Below the pieces are notes generated by a model, which saw only the letters and a program-made list of their open reading frames with translations, ran no database searches and was not told the origin of the DNA. A program made the translations under genes and the position numbers. Shown here piece after piece: positions 45,971 through 55,260 of a stretch of DNA of 64,000 nucleotides (positions within the stretch are counted from its first letter, which is position 1; every line of letters begins with the position of its first letter). The DNA is from a phage. The stretch lies in assembly GCA_022979955.1 (NCBI GenBank), contig GCA_022979955.1_3642.1; one strand, written 5' to 3'.

Positions 45971-46597
45971 GGCGTAGAAACAGTGGAAGTGTAAACAGTC
46001 AATCATGTAAATGATAAGTATGTGAACAGTTATCCATGTAAACTATTAGACATGTAAACAATCAGGTGTGCAAAAGTGTCAAGGGTGTCACCATTGTGTC
46101 TAAAGTGTCGTATGTCATCAGTATGTCAGACAAGTTTTTCTCCTCTTTGTCAAGTGCTGCATGAAAAATTTACAATCTTGTATGGTAGCATTTTTGCGGT
46201 CCTGTTTACATTCAGAGATGTATGTATAATCCTTGTTGTGTGGGCGTTTAGACGTCTAGACGGTCAGAAGTCTGCAGGTCAATATCTAATCTATTGGCTG
46301 CTAACTATATCCCACACAAATAGTAAGAAATATAATTGTTATATGCGTAAACAGTAACCCATGTTATCAATCCCTGTATGGATCGCCAGTGGTGCGCATA
46401 ATGGGTATTATGTTAAATTGCCCGTAATGATAATGGTTCTCACAATGATATGTATTCTCATTCCCCCACACAAAATAGATTGCAAATGTTGTGCCACTAT
46501 GTGAACGGCCTCACCTATTAATTTGCCTCACTGCCTCGATATTTGAGAATTATTATAAGAATGAGAAGTATTCCCATTTCGTCCGCCTGGCAGCGCT

Positions 46598-46657
46598 CCT
46601 GTAGGTCCTGCAAGGACTCTAGCTGAAAGCTAGACCCTTCGGGCCTCCCTGTAGGTC
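46598..46657. other. three consecutive tetraloop hairpins bracketed by CCTGTAGGTC direct repeats
   Basis: GTCCT-GCA-AGGAC, CTAGC-TGAAA-GCTAG, CCC-TTCG-GGG; CCTGTAGGTC at 46598 and 46648. Confidence 0.4.
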
Positions 46658-46705
46658 AGGTCAAAATCGTGGTAGAATTGGGCCTATTCAGATATTTCTG
46701 GCTGG

Positions 46706-46900
46706 CTCTTCAGGTCTGTGTGGGAAAAGCCAACCTCTCCGGCGGGGCAGGGGGAGGTAAATTAAAAAATTTACGGGGTATATGAAGCGCTCTTCAGGTA
46801 AGGCATGTACTATGGGATGAAACCCTCTTCAGGCAATGATATTTGTGGGTGTGATATTTGCTGGAAAGCCAGATATGACGGGACTCCCGGCGGGGCAGGG
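46706..46900. repeat. degenerate tandem unit CTCTTCAGG...CCGGCGGGGCAGGG
   Basis: CTCTTCAGG at 46706, 46790, 46825 (also 47238, 47886); CCGGCGGGGCAGGG at 46739 and 46887. Confidence 0.55.
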
Positions 46901-47596
46901 GTAGTACAGACAGGGAAAATATGAGAATGTAGTTGGGGAAATTGATCAGACAGGTAGAGTATGGAATATGTTACAAGTATGTTAAATATGGAGGTTGAAT
47001 ATCTGTAGGATTTGTGTGTAAAATCAAAGACTTAAGGGGTGTTGTGGTATTTTCTATAAATAATTCAAGTTTAATAGGCAATATTTGTCTCTATCCGCTT
47101 TGTGTGGTAAACAGATTCAGATTAGATTGGTTTACAAGTGTATACATAATATACAAATTAAAGATACAAGAAACCCCCCTCCCCCTTCGGCTACCATTCA
47201 CCTTTTCCTCTGACTGGTACTTAAACACTTATTCAGACTCTTCAGGTTATCACCCATATATCATATGGCAGTGACTGGTGTCCTCCGGCCCCTCTTTCGT
47301 CACCCGTCCGCTTCGCCATGCTAATGCCATAGCTAATGGTTCGGTTGTTCACCCTGTTCACTCAGGTGTATCTCTATACCCCTTCAAACCGAAGAGAACA
47401 GAAAACCCGAATTACTCGGTAAAAGAAAAGAGAAGAACTTAATTTTATCAGGATAGGCAAGAATGTCAAGGCATGACTGCTCACTAAACAAGCAAACAGT
47501 CATGTGTGGGAGGTAAGTGATTGTGGTGGTAGGAAATTTAGTTGAAAGATGTGTTATAGGTGCTTCCAGCACTTTAGCCTGGCAGCTAATTGTGTG

Positions 47597-47812
47597 TCAG
47601 TCCAGCGGTTCATCCTCTACTTCACTGAAATCAATGTTCATGGTCTCTTCCCAACCATCGATCTCAGCACAAGAGTGGAGTTCTTTAGGGTTTACTCCCA
47701 AAGCCTCAGCAACAGAGTCTATATTTAACACCTCTGGCAGGTATGTTTCATCGAATTCAAGGTAAATCAGGCCACGAGTGTTGTCAGCTCCACCAAATAT
47801 TTCTATCTTCAT
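47597..47812 (-). CDS. hypothetical acidic protein
   Basis: 71-aa ORF; last gene of minus-strand block. Confidence 0.4.
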   Translation of the reverse strand: MKIEIFGGADNTRGLIYLEFDETYLPEVLNIDSVAEALGVNPKELHSCAEIDGWEETMNIDFSEVEDEPLD

Positions 47813-47933
47813 GAAATCTCCTCTGGAAATGAGAGTGTGAACAGGGTTTTATACGTTCCAATGCACTGGAATTATACACGTTTGCCTCTTCAGGCCATGC
47901 TTTAGCATGAGGAGCCTGTGTGGGCTCGGTGCT

Positions 47934-48347
47934 TCATAGTCTACCACCTCTGAACTCTTCGTGCTCAGGCATAATAGAGAACCAGATATCTACGATGTCT
48001 TCCCACGTTAGGTCATCAGCCTCAGGATCTGTCTGGGACGAAGATGGAGAATCTTCAGAATCGAAGTTTTCCTCTTGCACTGGCTCAGTCAAGGGACATA
48101 TAGTCACTCCTTTGGATGTCTCTTCAGATGCATGTGTGTTTATCATGTTCCACCCGTGAGTATTCCGGCAACAGCCACTATGGACGTAATGATCATCAGG
48201 ATCACCACCAAAACCTCTGACAATGTTTTCATTGTGTATCCCATATTCTCCAAACGATGTGTGGATACTATCACTGGAGCGGCAATGTGTCAACAGAAAC
48301 GCCGCGAGGGTTTGGTTAAAATCCGAGCGTATGGTGATTTGGGTCAA
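47934..48347 (-). CDS. hypothetical protein
   Basis: 137-aa ORF. Confidence 0.45.
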   Translation of the reverse strand: MTQITIRSDFNQTLAAFLLTHCRSSDSIHTSFGEYGIHNENIVRGFGGDPDDHYVHSGCCRNTHGWNMINTHASEETSKGVTICPLTEPVQEENFDSEDSPSSSQTDPEADDLTWEDIVDIWFSIMPEHEEFRGGRL

Positions 48348-48506
48348 AACGGACGTGCGTTCTCGCTACGCTCGAAAGAGAGACTTGTTTGTAGAAAGCT
48401 CTTAAACGCTCTGTAACGAGATTATCTGTCCAAGGTATGCAATCGTGCACCAGATAAAGAAAAGGACGCCACAGAGCGTCCTAGGTGTCTTAAATTTGAT
48501 ATTTTG

Positions 48507-48818
48507 CTATACCCATGAGGGCTTATCAAGGTTGGAGTAGCTGAAAGGTGTCAAAAGGTGACTGTCAAAATCCCTCAAACTATCCAAATCTTTTTCCTCG
48601 TCCTGACACCATCTGTGCCTACATTTATTGTTGTAGTGCATAGAATGCATAGCGTTCTGCAACTTAACAGGTACAAGTGATTCAGGAGTAGATAGTATTG
48701 TTGGGTATGCCAGAATCACCTCAAACAGTGGAAACACATCGAAACTAAAGTCTACCTCTGCAGAGGTTGATGGCATATAGGAGTATTTAGCCGCCTTTGT
48801 AGACATAATCCACCTCAC
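48507..48818 (-). CDS. hypothetical protein
   Basis: 103-aa ORF. Confidence 0.4.
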   Translation of the reverse strand: MRWIMSTKAAKYSYMPSTSAEVDFSFDVFPLFEVILAYPTILSTPESLVPVKLQNAMHSMHYNNKCRHRWCQDEEKDLDSLRDFDSHLLTPFSYSNLDKPSWV

Positions 48819-49141
48819 ACAGGTTTGATAATACCTTTACCGAATAATTCTTCGTATCTAATCTTATCCGGATCCCACTCTTGGATAATTTCGAAGACAA
48901 TATCCAACCCAGGGATAATCACTTCTCCAGTGTCAAGTTTGGCAAGAACAAAACCAGAAGGCTGAATGGTTTCCCAGTTGCGCCGATTGGAATAGAAGAC
49001 CTCGAAAATATCGCCGACCTTTATCTGTTGATCAAGATGTTCAAGATTCTCTTTCATATAGACGCAGCGGATTTTTCGTGCAGGCCATAGACCACCTGCA
49101 TCACGTTCATTTAGCTCTTTTACAGTAATCGGTATACCCAT
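48815..49141 (-). CDS. hypothetical protein
   Basis: 108-aa ORF overlapping downstream gene start. Confidence 0.45.
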   Translation of the reverse strand: MGIPITVKELNERDAGGLWPARKIRCVYMKENLEHLDQQIKVGDIFEVFYSNRRNWETIQPSGFVLAKLDTGEVIIPGLDIVFEIIQEWDPDKIRYEELFGKGIIKPV

Positions 49142-49168
49142 CTCAAATCTCCTTCATAGATAGTAAAA

Positions 49169-49193
49169 AGAGGGGCCCAAGCCCCCCTCTTTG
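49169..49193 (-). terminator. rho-independent terminator (possibly bidirectional)
   Basis: AGAGGGG/CCCCTCT stem with 8-nt loop; U-rich run on minus strand (TTTTACTATCT). Confidence 0.5.
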
Positions 49194-49196
49194 TCA

Positions 49197-49502
49197 TTAT
49201 TCTACAGAGCGTTTGAACAGAATGTCTGCCTCAGACATGTGCTCAACCTCTTCTTCGATTTTAGCGCGACGTTTTTCAGCCTCATAGCGAATATCGAACT
49301 CGGTAGCCACCAGAGATTTGATGAATTTAGGAGAATACAGGTGATCCTGCTTCTCAACGAGAATGATATCCTTAATGGCATCTTTCAGATCTTTAATCTG
49401 AAGTTGGAGTTCTACCAGTTCTTCGATTGTTTTGCGAAGGCGATCACGCTCTGCAGTGTCAGAAGGAAGAGAGGTGAACAGTTCAACTTTAGATTTAGCC
49501 AT
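49197..49502 (-). CDS. hypothetical charged protein
   Basis: 101-aa ORF. Confidence 0.45.
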   Translation of the reverse strand: MAKSKVELFTSLPSDTAERDRLRKTIEELVELQLQIKDLKDAIKDIILVEKQDHLYSPKFIKSLVATEFDIRYEAEKRRAKIEEEVEHMSEADILFKRSVE

Positions 49503-49530
49503 AGTAAGAGTCTCCTTATGTTGTTTTAAA

Positions 49531-49782
49531 TTAACGTTCTACAAAAATACCGTTCAGTTCAATAACCAGGAATTTCTGGTCTTCACTATCGTCTCGTGCC
49601 AGCACCTCACAGACGTATCGGTCATCCCCATCATCATCGCAGTCAAATACAAGACTGAGGACTTTATCATGGTAAACCTTCGCCACTACCGCCTCGTAAG
49701 TATTGCCGATTGTGAATCCAAGATAATCTCCGATGCATTTGACAACAACATGGTCTCCAGCATTTAAGTCAATCTTCGTCAT
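49531..49782 (-). CDS. hypothetical protein
   Basis: ATG at 49782 lies 7 nt after AAGGAG; longer ORF start at 49848 lacks SD. Confidence 0.45.
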   Translation of the reverse strand: MTKIDLNAGDHVVVKCIGDYLGFTIGNTYEAVVAKVYHDKVLSLVFDCDDDGDDRYVCEVLARDDSEDQKFLVIELNGIFVER

Positions 49783-49937
49783 TACTGCGCTCCTTGGGTA
49801 ATAATACTGTATGTAAAACTTTAACCAGAGATGTGAATAACGCCCCAAAACACACCGATAGCGCTAAAACAGACAAGGCCATCATTAAAGCTTCAGTAAA
49901 ATCAGTCATTCCTCACCTCTTGTTAGTCACTATACTA

Positions 49938-50201
49938 TCATTTATCCTTGTCGTCAAGAACTTTTTTAAATCTTTCAGGGATATCTCCCGTTCTTAGATA
50001 GTTCATGACCTCGCAAGGTTCCCACTTGAATTTCTTACAGAGCAGGGCGGCTGAGATTGTTTCATTGCGAAAAGAAAGGATATTAATATCCCACTCTGAG
50101 AACCCCAACTTCCGAAGGGTAGCTACAGAAATCCTCACCGCAACCCAGCAGCAAAAACATGCAACAAACGCCACTGCTACAACCCACATCAGGATGTTCA
50201 T
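49938..50201 (-). CDS. small protein with N-terminal TM helix
   Basis: 87-aa ORF with hydrophobic N-terminus. Confidence 0.4.
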   Translation of the reverse strand: MNILMWVVAVAFVACFCCWVAVRISVATLRKLGFSEWDINILSFRNETISAALLCKKFKWEPCEVMNYLRTGDIPERFKKVLDDKDK

Positions 50202-50290
50202 ATAAGCACCTTACTGAAATACAAGACACAGTGTTAAGGTTACTGACCAGCAAATAATTAACAGTGCCGTTGCAACCTTGGCAAGATTTA

Positions 50291-50578
50291 TCATAGTGCC
50301 TCTAAGATTTCATATCCTTCGGGTCGGAATACAAGCCACTCTGTGGCTCCGTTTGGTCGATACGCTTTATACAGAACAACCTGGTCTCGGCACATGCACA
50401 TGGCTACATAGTTTTCATCCACACCTGCAGCCTGCATTGTATCTTCTTCTCCGGCAACTGCTTTGCTTACAACCTCCTTGGTAGGCAGGTGTGCGATCAG
50501 CTCGTCACCATCATTAATTCCAAAATGGCTGAGTTCTCCATTGGTATCTTTAATCTTAATCTTAACCAGATCTTTCAT
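50291..50578 (-). CDS. hypothetical protein
   Basis: 95-aa ORF. Confidence 0.4.
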   Translation of the reverse strand: MKDLVKIKIKDTNGELSHFGINDGDELIAHLPTKEVVSKAVAGEEDTMQAAGVDENYVAMCMCRDQVVLYKAYRPNGATEWLVFRPEGYEILEAL

Positions 50579-50907
50579 TAGTCTTCCTCCAGGTTCAAAG
50601 GTCCTAAGATTTCATATGCCAGATTAGAAGTTACCAGAGGGTCTTCTGCATCTTTAGTATTATACCACCCGTGAATAACCAGAGTCCCACTCTGTTTCAT
50701 ATCTAACTGGAACTGTTCTGCAGTTTCCTCATCCATCTCTAAGATCTCCATAAGGTACTTGATGTTAGGAAGGTATGCAGCTGTTACAGTTCCCTCTACC
50801 AGACCTTCGGGCCAACCTACATCCGGATGACAAGTAGGAACCAGGTTGGTCAGCTTAATGGTGTACGCTTTTTCTGCACGAGCCTTCAGTAACGGGTCAA
50901 TTTTCAT
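50578..50907 (-). CDS. hypothetical protein
   Basis: 109-aa ORF, 1-nt overlaps with both neighbours. Confidence 0.4.
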   Translation of the reverse strand: MKIDPLLKARAEKAYTIKLTNLVPTCHPDVGWPEGLVEGTVTAAYLPNIKYLMEILEMDEETAEQFQLDMKQSGTLVIHGWYNTKDAEDPLVTSNLAYEILGPLNLEED

Positions 50908-51257
50908 TATTCGTCCTCCTCTTCGGTGCCTGCTTCCAGTAATAAGTTAAGAATATCTTCTGCACAAGGCTCATAGAACTCTTGGCCTTCATTATCGATG
51001 ATTTTGTAGTCATCTCCACGAATAATCAGGGGATCACTCTCAAAATTATCGAGACCTTTAACAACGACAACACGATCGATTGCCATCATTGTAAGAACTT
51101 TATCGACATTTTCCTCTGCTACACCATACTGCAGCAGAATGTCTTTGGTAGGAGGAACAGCATCCACAACAACACCGTTACCAAAACCTTCCGGAAGTTT
51201 AACTAAAATATCTTCCGGAACAACATTCACATCAAAACCAGTAATTTCTACTTTCAT
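50907..51257 (-). CDS. hypothetical acidic protein
   Basis: 116-aa ORF starting MKVEI, acidic C-terminus. Confidence 0.4.
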   Translation of the reverse strand: MKVEITGFDVNVVPEDILVKLPEGFGNGVVVDAVPPTKDILLQYGVAEENVDKVLTMMAIDRVVVVKGLDNFESDPLIIRGDDYKIIDNEGQEFYEPCAEDILNLLLEAGTEEEDE

Positions 51258-51518
51258 TTACAGCACCTCTTCGTCAACTACTTCATAAAAATGGCTTGGG
51301 ATTGCAATAGCGTTCTCACCTTCACCCAAGAACACTGTCCCACTAACGATTAACATTAGAAGAACGTCTGCGATACCTTCCTCGGGGACGTTGCCAAAAC
51401 CTTTAATCAGCTCGTAGGTTGGAATATTTACCTCTAAGATGTCACCATCTTTAGAACGGAAATCAACACCGTCCTGAATCTCTGCCGTTTCAAGGTTTTT
51501 CAATTTAATCTTCATCAA
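51258..51518 (-). CDS. small acidic protein, paralog family A
   Basis: MMKIKL... ending ...YEVVDEEVL; shares N- and C-terminal pattern with 52685, 54211, 54455, 57972. Confidence 0.45.
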   Translation of the reverse strand: MMKIKLKNLETAEIQDGVDFRSKDGDILEVNIPTYELIKGFGNVPEEGIADVLLMLIVSGTVFLGEGENAIAIPSHFYEVVDEEVL

Positions 51519-51594
51519 TCGGTCTCCTATCTTGTTAAGATGAAGGTATTATTTCACACAGGGTTGGCGTTGTCAACACCTGTGTGCAAGAAAA

Positions 51595-51990
51595 TTACTG
51601 AAACAGTGCGGATAAATTACCTTCTGGTGGGAACTTATCTGCCAAAAACGGTGTTAGCACAGTAGCCTTCTGAAGATCTGGGGTCCACTCGTTGTTCAGA
51701 ACATCCCAGTAGTACGCAATGTTACTGTGTGGGTGCCGCATTACGAACTTTTTCCCCTCGTAGTCATCTGAAACCTCTACAGAAGAAATAACAACAGAAT
51801 CTTCAAGGGTTTCTTCATAGAAAGATCCGCCTTCAAATTTCCAACGAGATGCAAGAGCCCCTGCCTTGAACGCTGCAGATAACGGACTGTCGGCAAGAAC
51901 ATACATTTCTTGCACTCTGTCGCTGCGATCTTTGCTTCTTACGTTGTATACAGTATCTGAGCTATACTCAACACGGTATAGGCTTACCAT
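51595..51990 (-). CDS. hypothetical protein, paralog family B
   Basis: Shares KFVMRHPHS...YW...EWTP with 53800..54198. Confidence 0.45.
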   Translation of the reverse strand: MVSLYRVEYSSDTVYNVRSKDRSDRVQEMYVLADSPLSAAFKAGALASRWKFEGGSFYEETLEDSVVISSVEVSDDYEGKKFVMRHPHSNIAYYWDVLNNEWTPDLQKATVLTPFLADKFPPEGNLSALFQ

Positions 51991-52322
51991 TACCGCACCT
52001 CCTCAATAACTTCCACATCTGAACCCACCACAAATGCAAAAGGACAGGTTTCATGAAAGACATCCGGATCGCCGCCAAGCTTGCTAACAATTTCTCCACC
52101 ACTAATAAACACAAGCTCACCGATATTCATCAGATTGCTGAAATAGTATCCATAATGATTAAAGAATGCAGCAGGGTCAGGTAGACTAGTAGCCTCAAGT
52201 TCTACATCGGTTGAGATTACTTTCTTATCATAACCTCTCGCCTTCTGAGATGCAAGATCTGCAGAATCTTCAGGCGACCGGAGATGCACAGGAATTGTTT
52301 CACCAATAAATCGTACTTTCAT
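51990..52322 (-). CDS. small acidic protein, paralog family A
   Basis: ATG at 52322 (MKVRFIG...); ends ...DVEVIEEVR; the track start at 52349 is a TTG without SD. Confidence 0.4.
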   Translation of the reverse strand: MKVRFIGETIPVHLRSPEDSADLASQKARGYDKKVISTDVELEATSLPDPAAFFNHYGYYFSNLMNIGELVFISGGEIVSKLGGDPDVFHETCPFAFVVGSDVEVIEEVR

Positions 52323-52326
52323 ATTC

Positions 52327-52590
52327 TTACCCAACAACCATAGCTTCAAAAGGAGTCATGAACGAATAAACGGCATCATCATCTGCTTCAGGAAATGCTC
52401 CCAAAGACTTCATATCTGAGCCCTTGACAAATACAAGGTTTTGATCAAAAGCTTCTTGAGGGTCAATCCGATACATATCTCGTAGGATATCGCTTACCTC
52501 CTCATCAAGAGGTGAGTATGCTGTGCACGTTTTTCCGATCAAGCTTTGAGAATCAGGGTATCCACCTGAAGTTTTAAAATAAACAATCAT
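52327..52590 (-). CDS. hypothetical protein
   Basis: 87-aa ORF. Confidence 0.4.
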   Translation of the reverse strand: MIVYFKTSGGYPDSQSLIGKTCTAYSPLDEEVSDILRDMYRIDPQEAFDQNLVFVKGSDMKSLGAFPEADDDAVYSFMTPFEAMVVG

Positions 52591-52684
52591 ATAGTATCAC
52601 CTCTGGCAAGAGATGGGGATTCCTTTCCCACAAATAATTACAAACTTTTCTTTTTATTGAGGGAGTATGCTAATCAAAGCAGGA

Positions 52685-52954
52685 TTACTCTTCTACAATC
52701 TCATACACATCAGGAGTTACAATCAACTCTTCTCCGTTACCTGGTGCAACAAACACCACCAAGCCTTCAGGTGTGTGCTTTTTAGCCATCTCGATGACAT
52801 CTTCTCGCAGAGCTGGCTCCATCAGATCAAAGCCTTCACCCAGTGCATCACGAACTACCTTCATGTAGTCCACTGGTTGTGCTTCAACGATCATGCCTTC
52901 AACCAGTCCGCAGTTTTTGTCTGCCAGCTCAGTTTTGAATAATTTAATTTTCAT
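52685..52954 (-). CDS. small acidic protein, paralog family A
   Basis: MKIKLF... ending ...YEIVEE. Confidence 0.45.
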   Translation of the reverse strand: MKIKLFKTELADKNCGLVEGMIVEAQPVDYMKVVRDALGEGFDLMEPALREDVIEMAKKHTPEGLVVFVAPGNGEELIVTPDVYEIVEE

Positions 52955-52980
52955 TTAGAGGTCTCCTCGATTATTTGATA

Positions 52981-53082
52981 TTAATAGCCGTAACCTAACA
53001 CATTAACTACAACTGCGATTGCAAACATAATTTCAAAGCATGCAATCTCTACATTTGGGACTAATTTCTTAATCATACCCAT
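52981..53082 (-). CDS. small hydrophobic peptide (33 aa)
   Basis: ATG after GAGGTG on minus strand; hydrophobic core. Confidence 0.3.
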   Translation of the reverse strand: MGMIKKLVPNVEIACFEIMFAIAVVVNVLGYGY

Positions 53083-53091
53083 TGTAGCACC

Positions 53092-53409
53092 TCAATCCCA
53101 AAAGTCAATCTTTACTTTACCTTTTCCCTTACCTTTCTTTCCACCGCATTTAGCCAACTGGCGTGCTGCAACATCCACCATACGGTCAGTTGCCTCGTAA
53201 GCATCGCTACCTTTAGCTTTGGCGATAACTTCTTTCCCAGAATTGTCAAAAATAAAAGCCATAACTTCCTGGTGATCATTTTCAACTTTTACACTCACAC
53301 GTGCATAGTTGGCAGAGGGGTGCAAGCGCTCCAGCTTGGACATTTTGTGGGAAATGAAAGACACCATACCTTCAGTGATCTCTACGTTGCCAGTGATTTC
53401 AATCTGCAT
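53092..53409 (-). CDS. hpf: ribosome hibernation promoting factor (HPF/RaiA family)
   Basis: MQIEITGNVEITEGM...KLER...VKVE...AKGSDAYEATDRMVDVAARQLAK closely follows bacterial HPF/YfiA sequence pattern as recalled; Lys/Gly-rich tail. Confidence 0.8.
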   Translation of the reverse strand: MQIEITGNVEITEGMVSFISHKMSKLERLHPSANYARVSVKVENDHQEVMAFIFDNSGKEVIAKAKGSDAYEATDRMVDVAARQLAKCGGKKGKGKGKVKIDFWD

Positions 53410-53456
53410 AACGTGCTCCTTTTAAAGAAGAGGGAACCAAACCCTCTTTGAAAATA

Positions 53457-53485
53457 ATGATACTAAAGATCAAATGTTGTGTCAA
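53457..53485 (-). promoter_or_regulatory. sigma70-like promoter for hpf
   Basis: TTGACA-17-TATCAT on minus strand, then leader hairpin AAGAGGG-TTTGGTT-CCCTCTT and AAGGAG. Confidence 0.55.
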
Positions 53486-53491
53486 CAGTTT

Positions 53492-53782
53492 TTACAGCTT
53501 GTCGTCGATAGTTTTTAAAATATCTACTGCAAGATCTGCCATTTTACGAACATACTCTGCAAACTCAACAGGATCCTTGATCAATGAGTTCACAGGGTCA
53601 TACCCTAAAGCGTTTAAAATGGCTACAGCATCCACAACCTTCTCATCATTTGCGAAGATCTCACCGTCAAACTTGTAGGTCCATTTTGAGTCAATCTTGG
53701 CATGGCAGGATTGGTCCATGCTTATTACACCATCTTTTTTAAACGATTCGGTGTTATCAGTGTCCAAAACTAAATCCATCAT
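53492..53782 (-). CDS. hypothetical protein
   Basis: 96-aa ORF. Confidence 0.4.
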   Translation of the reverse strand: MMDLVLDTDNTESFKKDGVISMDQSCHAKIDSKWTYKFDGEIFANDEKVVDAVAILNALGYDPVNSLIKDPVEFAEYVRKMADLAVDILKTIDDKL

Positions 53783-53799
53783 GTAAGTACCCCACTATT

Positions 53800-54198
53800 T
53801 CAGCTTATTTTTTCTTCAACAACCCCGTAGCTCGGGGCAGAGTCAAGAGCTTTCTGGTTTAAAAGTGGTGTAGCAGAATCTGCAAACGGTGTCCAAGTTT
53901 TTGTTCTGGCATTCCAGTAATGCTTCACTCTGGAATCCGGATGCACTATAACAAAAACTTTTTCACTTGTCAACACATTAATTTCTTCTACACCCTTGCT
54001 GATAATTTCTCCGTCATAGCCCCCAGTCTGGTATCCTTCGTACCAGGTTCTTGCATAGGCATAGCCAGCCTGCCAGCATGCAGCCTCCTCCGAGGTGGAG
54101 ACTACGTAGAAGTCTTTCTCAAATTCCGGAATACGCCCTTGCTTTACGCTCCAAGCTCCGCGAATTTTCATTGTAACTTTGAACAGTTTATTTTTCAC
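53800..54198 (-). CDS. hypothetical protein, paralog family B
   Basis: Shares KVFVIVHPDS...YW...TWTP with 51595..51990. Confidence 0.45.
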   Translation of the reverse strand: MKNKLFKVTMKIRGAWSVKQGRIPEFEKDFYVVSTSEEAACWQAGYAYARTWYEGYQTGGYDGEIISKGVEEINVLTSEKVFVIVHPDSRVKHYWNARTKTWTPFADSATPLLNQKALDSAPSYGVVEEKIS

Positions 54199-54210
54199 AA
54201 CGGTTACCCA

Positions 54211-54465
54211 TCACAGCTCTACAATATCTGCATCTGACCCTGCCCCAAAGGCATAATAGGACTCTTCCCCGAAATAATATTCAGGTGCACCAGCGGTGAT
54301 CAGGTCTGCTCCTAAGATAAACACCACGTTGTGGCCTACATAACTGTGATGTTGCCGCACAGGATCATCCCACGGCAACCCTTCGAAGTATACCGCAGGA
54401 ACGACCTTTCCATTCAGGAAGGATTGTCCCAAGTAGACGTTAGAATCAAGAATTTTAACCTTCAT
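54211..54465 (-). CDS. small acidic protein, paralog family A
   Basis: MKVKILDSNVYLGQ...GADLITAGA...; tandem with 54455. Confidence 0.45.
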   Translation of the reverse strand: MKVKILDSNVYLGQSFLNGKVVPAVYFEGLPWDDPVRQHHSYVGHNVVFILGADLITAGAPEYYFGEESYYAFGAGSDADIVEL

Positions 54466-54682
54466 GATCGTCCTCCACTACCTCTACATCCTCACCTAGG
54501 GCAAAGTTGTAGGTCCACTGACTGTCAAAGCATTCCTGAGATGCACCAGCGGCAATAAGATCTGCTCCTTTTATTTTTAAAAGGTCATGGTAATCTTCGT
54601 TAGGGACAGCAGTAAACACTTTTCCTACTAAAGGATCCTGACCAATATAGAAGCTTGAATCTAAAACTTTAACTTTCATCAA
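54455..54682 (-). CDS. small acidic protein, paralog family A
   Basis: MMKVKVLDSSFYIGQ...GADLIAAGA...EVVEDD. Confidence 0.45.
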   Translation of the reverse strand: MMKVKVLDSSFYIGQDPLVGKVFTAVPNEDYHDLLKIKGADLIAAGASQECFDSQWTYNFALGEDVEVVEDDHEG

Positions 54683-54963
54683 CGGTCTCCATCAGGTGGT
54701 TGTGGGACGTAAACACTGTTACGAATATCGTCCGCAGTATAGTAATAAGTGTCTCCAACCCTATCTCTGGCTGCAATGTACTCTGCTATACCAATAAGTG
54801 CCATTGATTTGGTGGCGTATCTTCCCCATTCGTTAGCTCCCCAGCAAAATCTCTGCCAAAACGGTATGAAACCGAATAGGTACACCTTCTGTTTCACTAT
54901 CCAATAAGTTCCTTTACAGATCACTTTAAACTCTGCAGCACTGTTACTGACACCATTGTTCAT
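54679..54963 (-). CDS. hypothetical protein
   Basis: 94-aa ORF. Confidence 0.4.
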   Translation of the reverse strand: MNNGVSNSAAEFKVICKGTYWIVKQKVYLFGFIPFWQRFCWGANEWGRYATKSMALIGIAEYIAARDRVGDTYYYTADDIRNSVYVPQPPDGDR

Positions 54964-54975
54964 TATCTTCTCCTT

Positions 54976-55260
54976 TTATTTTTCTGGGTTTGGCAGATAT
55001 TGCACATTGGCAGGAGGAACACCGGATAGCTCCCAAACAACCATAGTGCTGTACCCTGGCACACTTCTAACATTTAAAAGAGTAGGAGCACCAACACATT
55101 TAAACTTCCTTTTCCCAAATCCGTTCTCCATCATAACCCAGTATCCGGTATCCTGATCACCTGGAATTTGTGTTCCATCATCGTCCACCCAGCGGACGGT
55201 CCATTTTGATACAGCAACGGCTCGGTATTTAAACTTTTTAAACCACTCAAACAGTTTCAT
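54976..55260 (-). CDS. hypothetical protein
   Basis: ATG at 55260 lies 8 nt after GAGG; longer ORF start overlaps upstream gene. Confidence 0.4.
   Translation of the reverse strand: MKLFEWFKKFKYRAVAVSKWTVRWVDDDGTQIPGDQDTGYWVMMENGFGKRKFKCVGAPTLLNVRSVPGYSTMVVWELSGVPPANVQYLPNPEK

Noticed and set aside
45093-47596. CRISPR array in the repeat-rich ORF-free region
   Set aside because: Repeats differ in length and sequence and are not regularly spaced with unique spacers; no cas genes in the window.
45093-47596. tRNA genes in the large non-coding region
   Set aside because: No GTTCGA(A/G)TCC-type T-arm or cloverleaf-compatible segment was seen by eye; a tRNA model scan was not possible.
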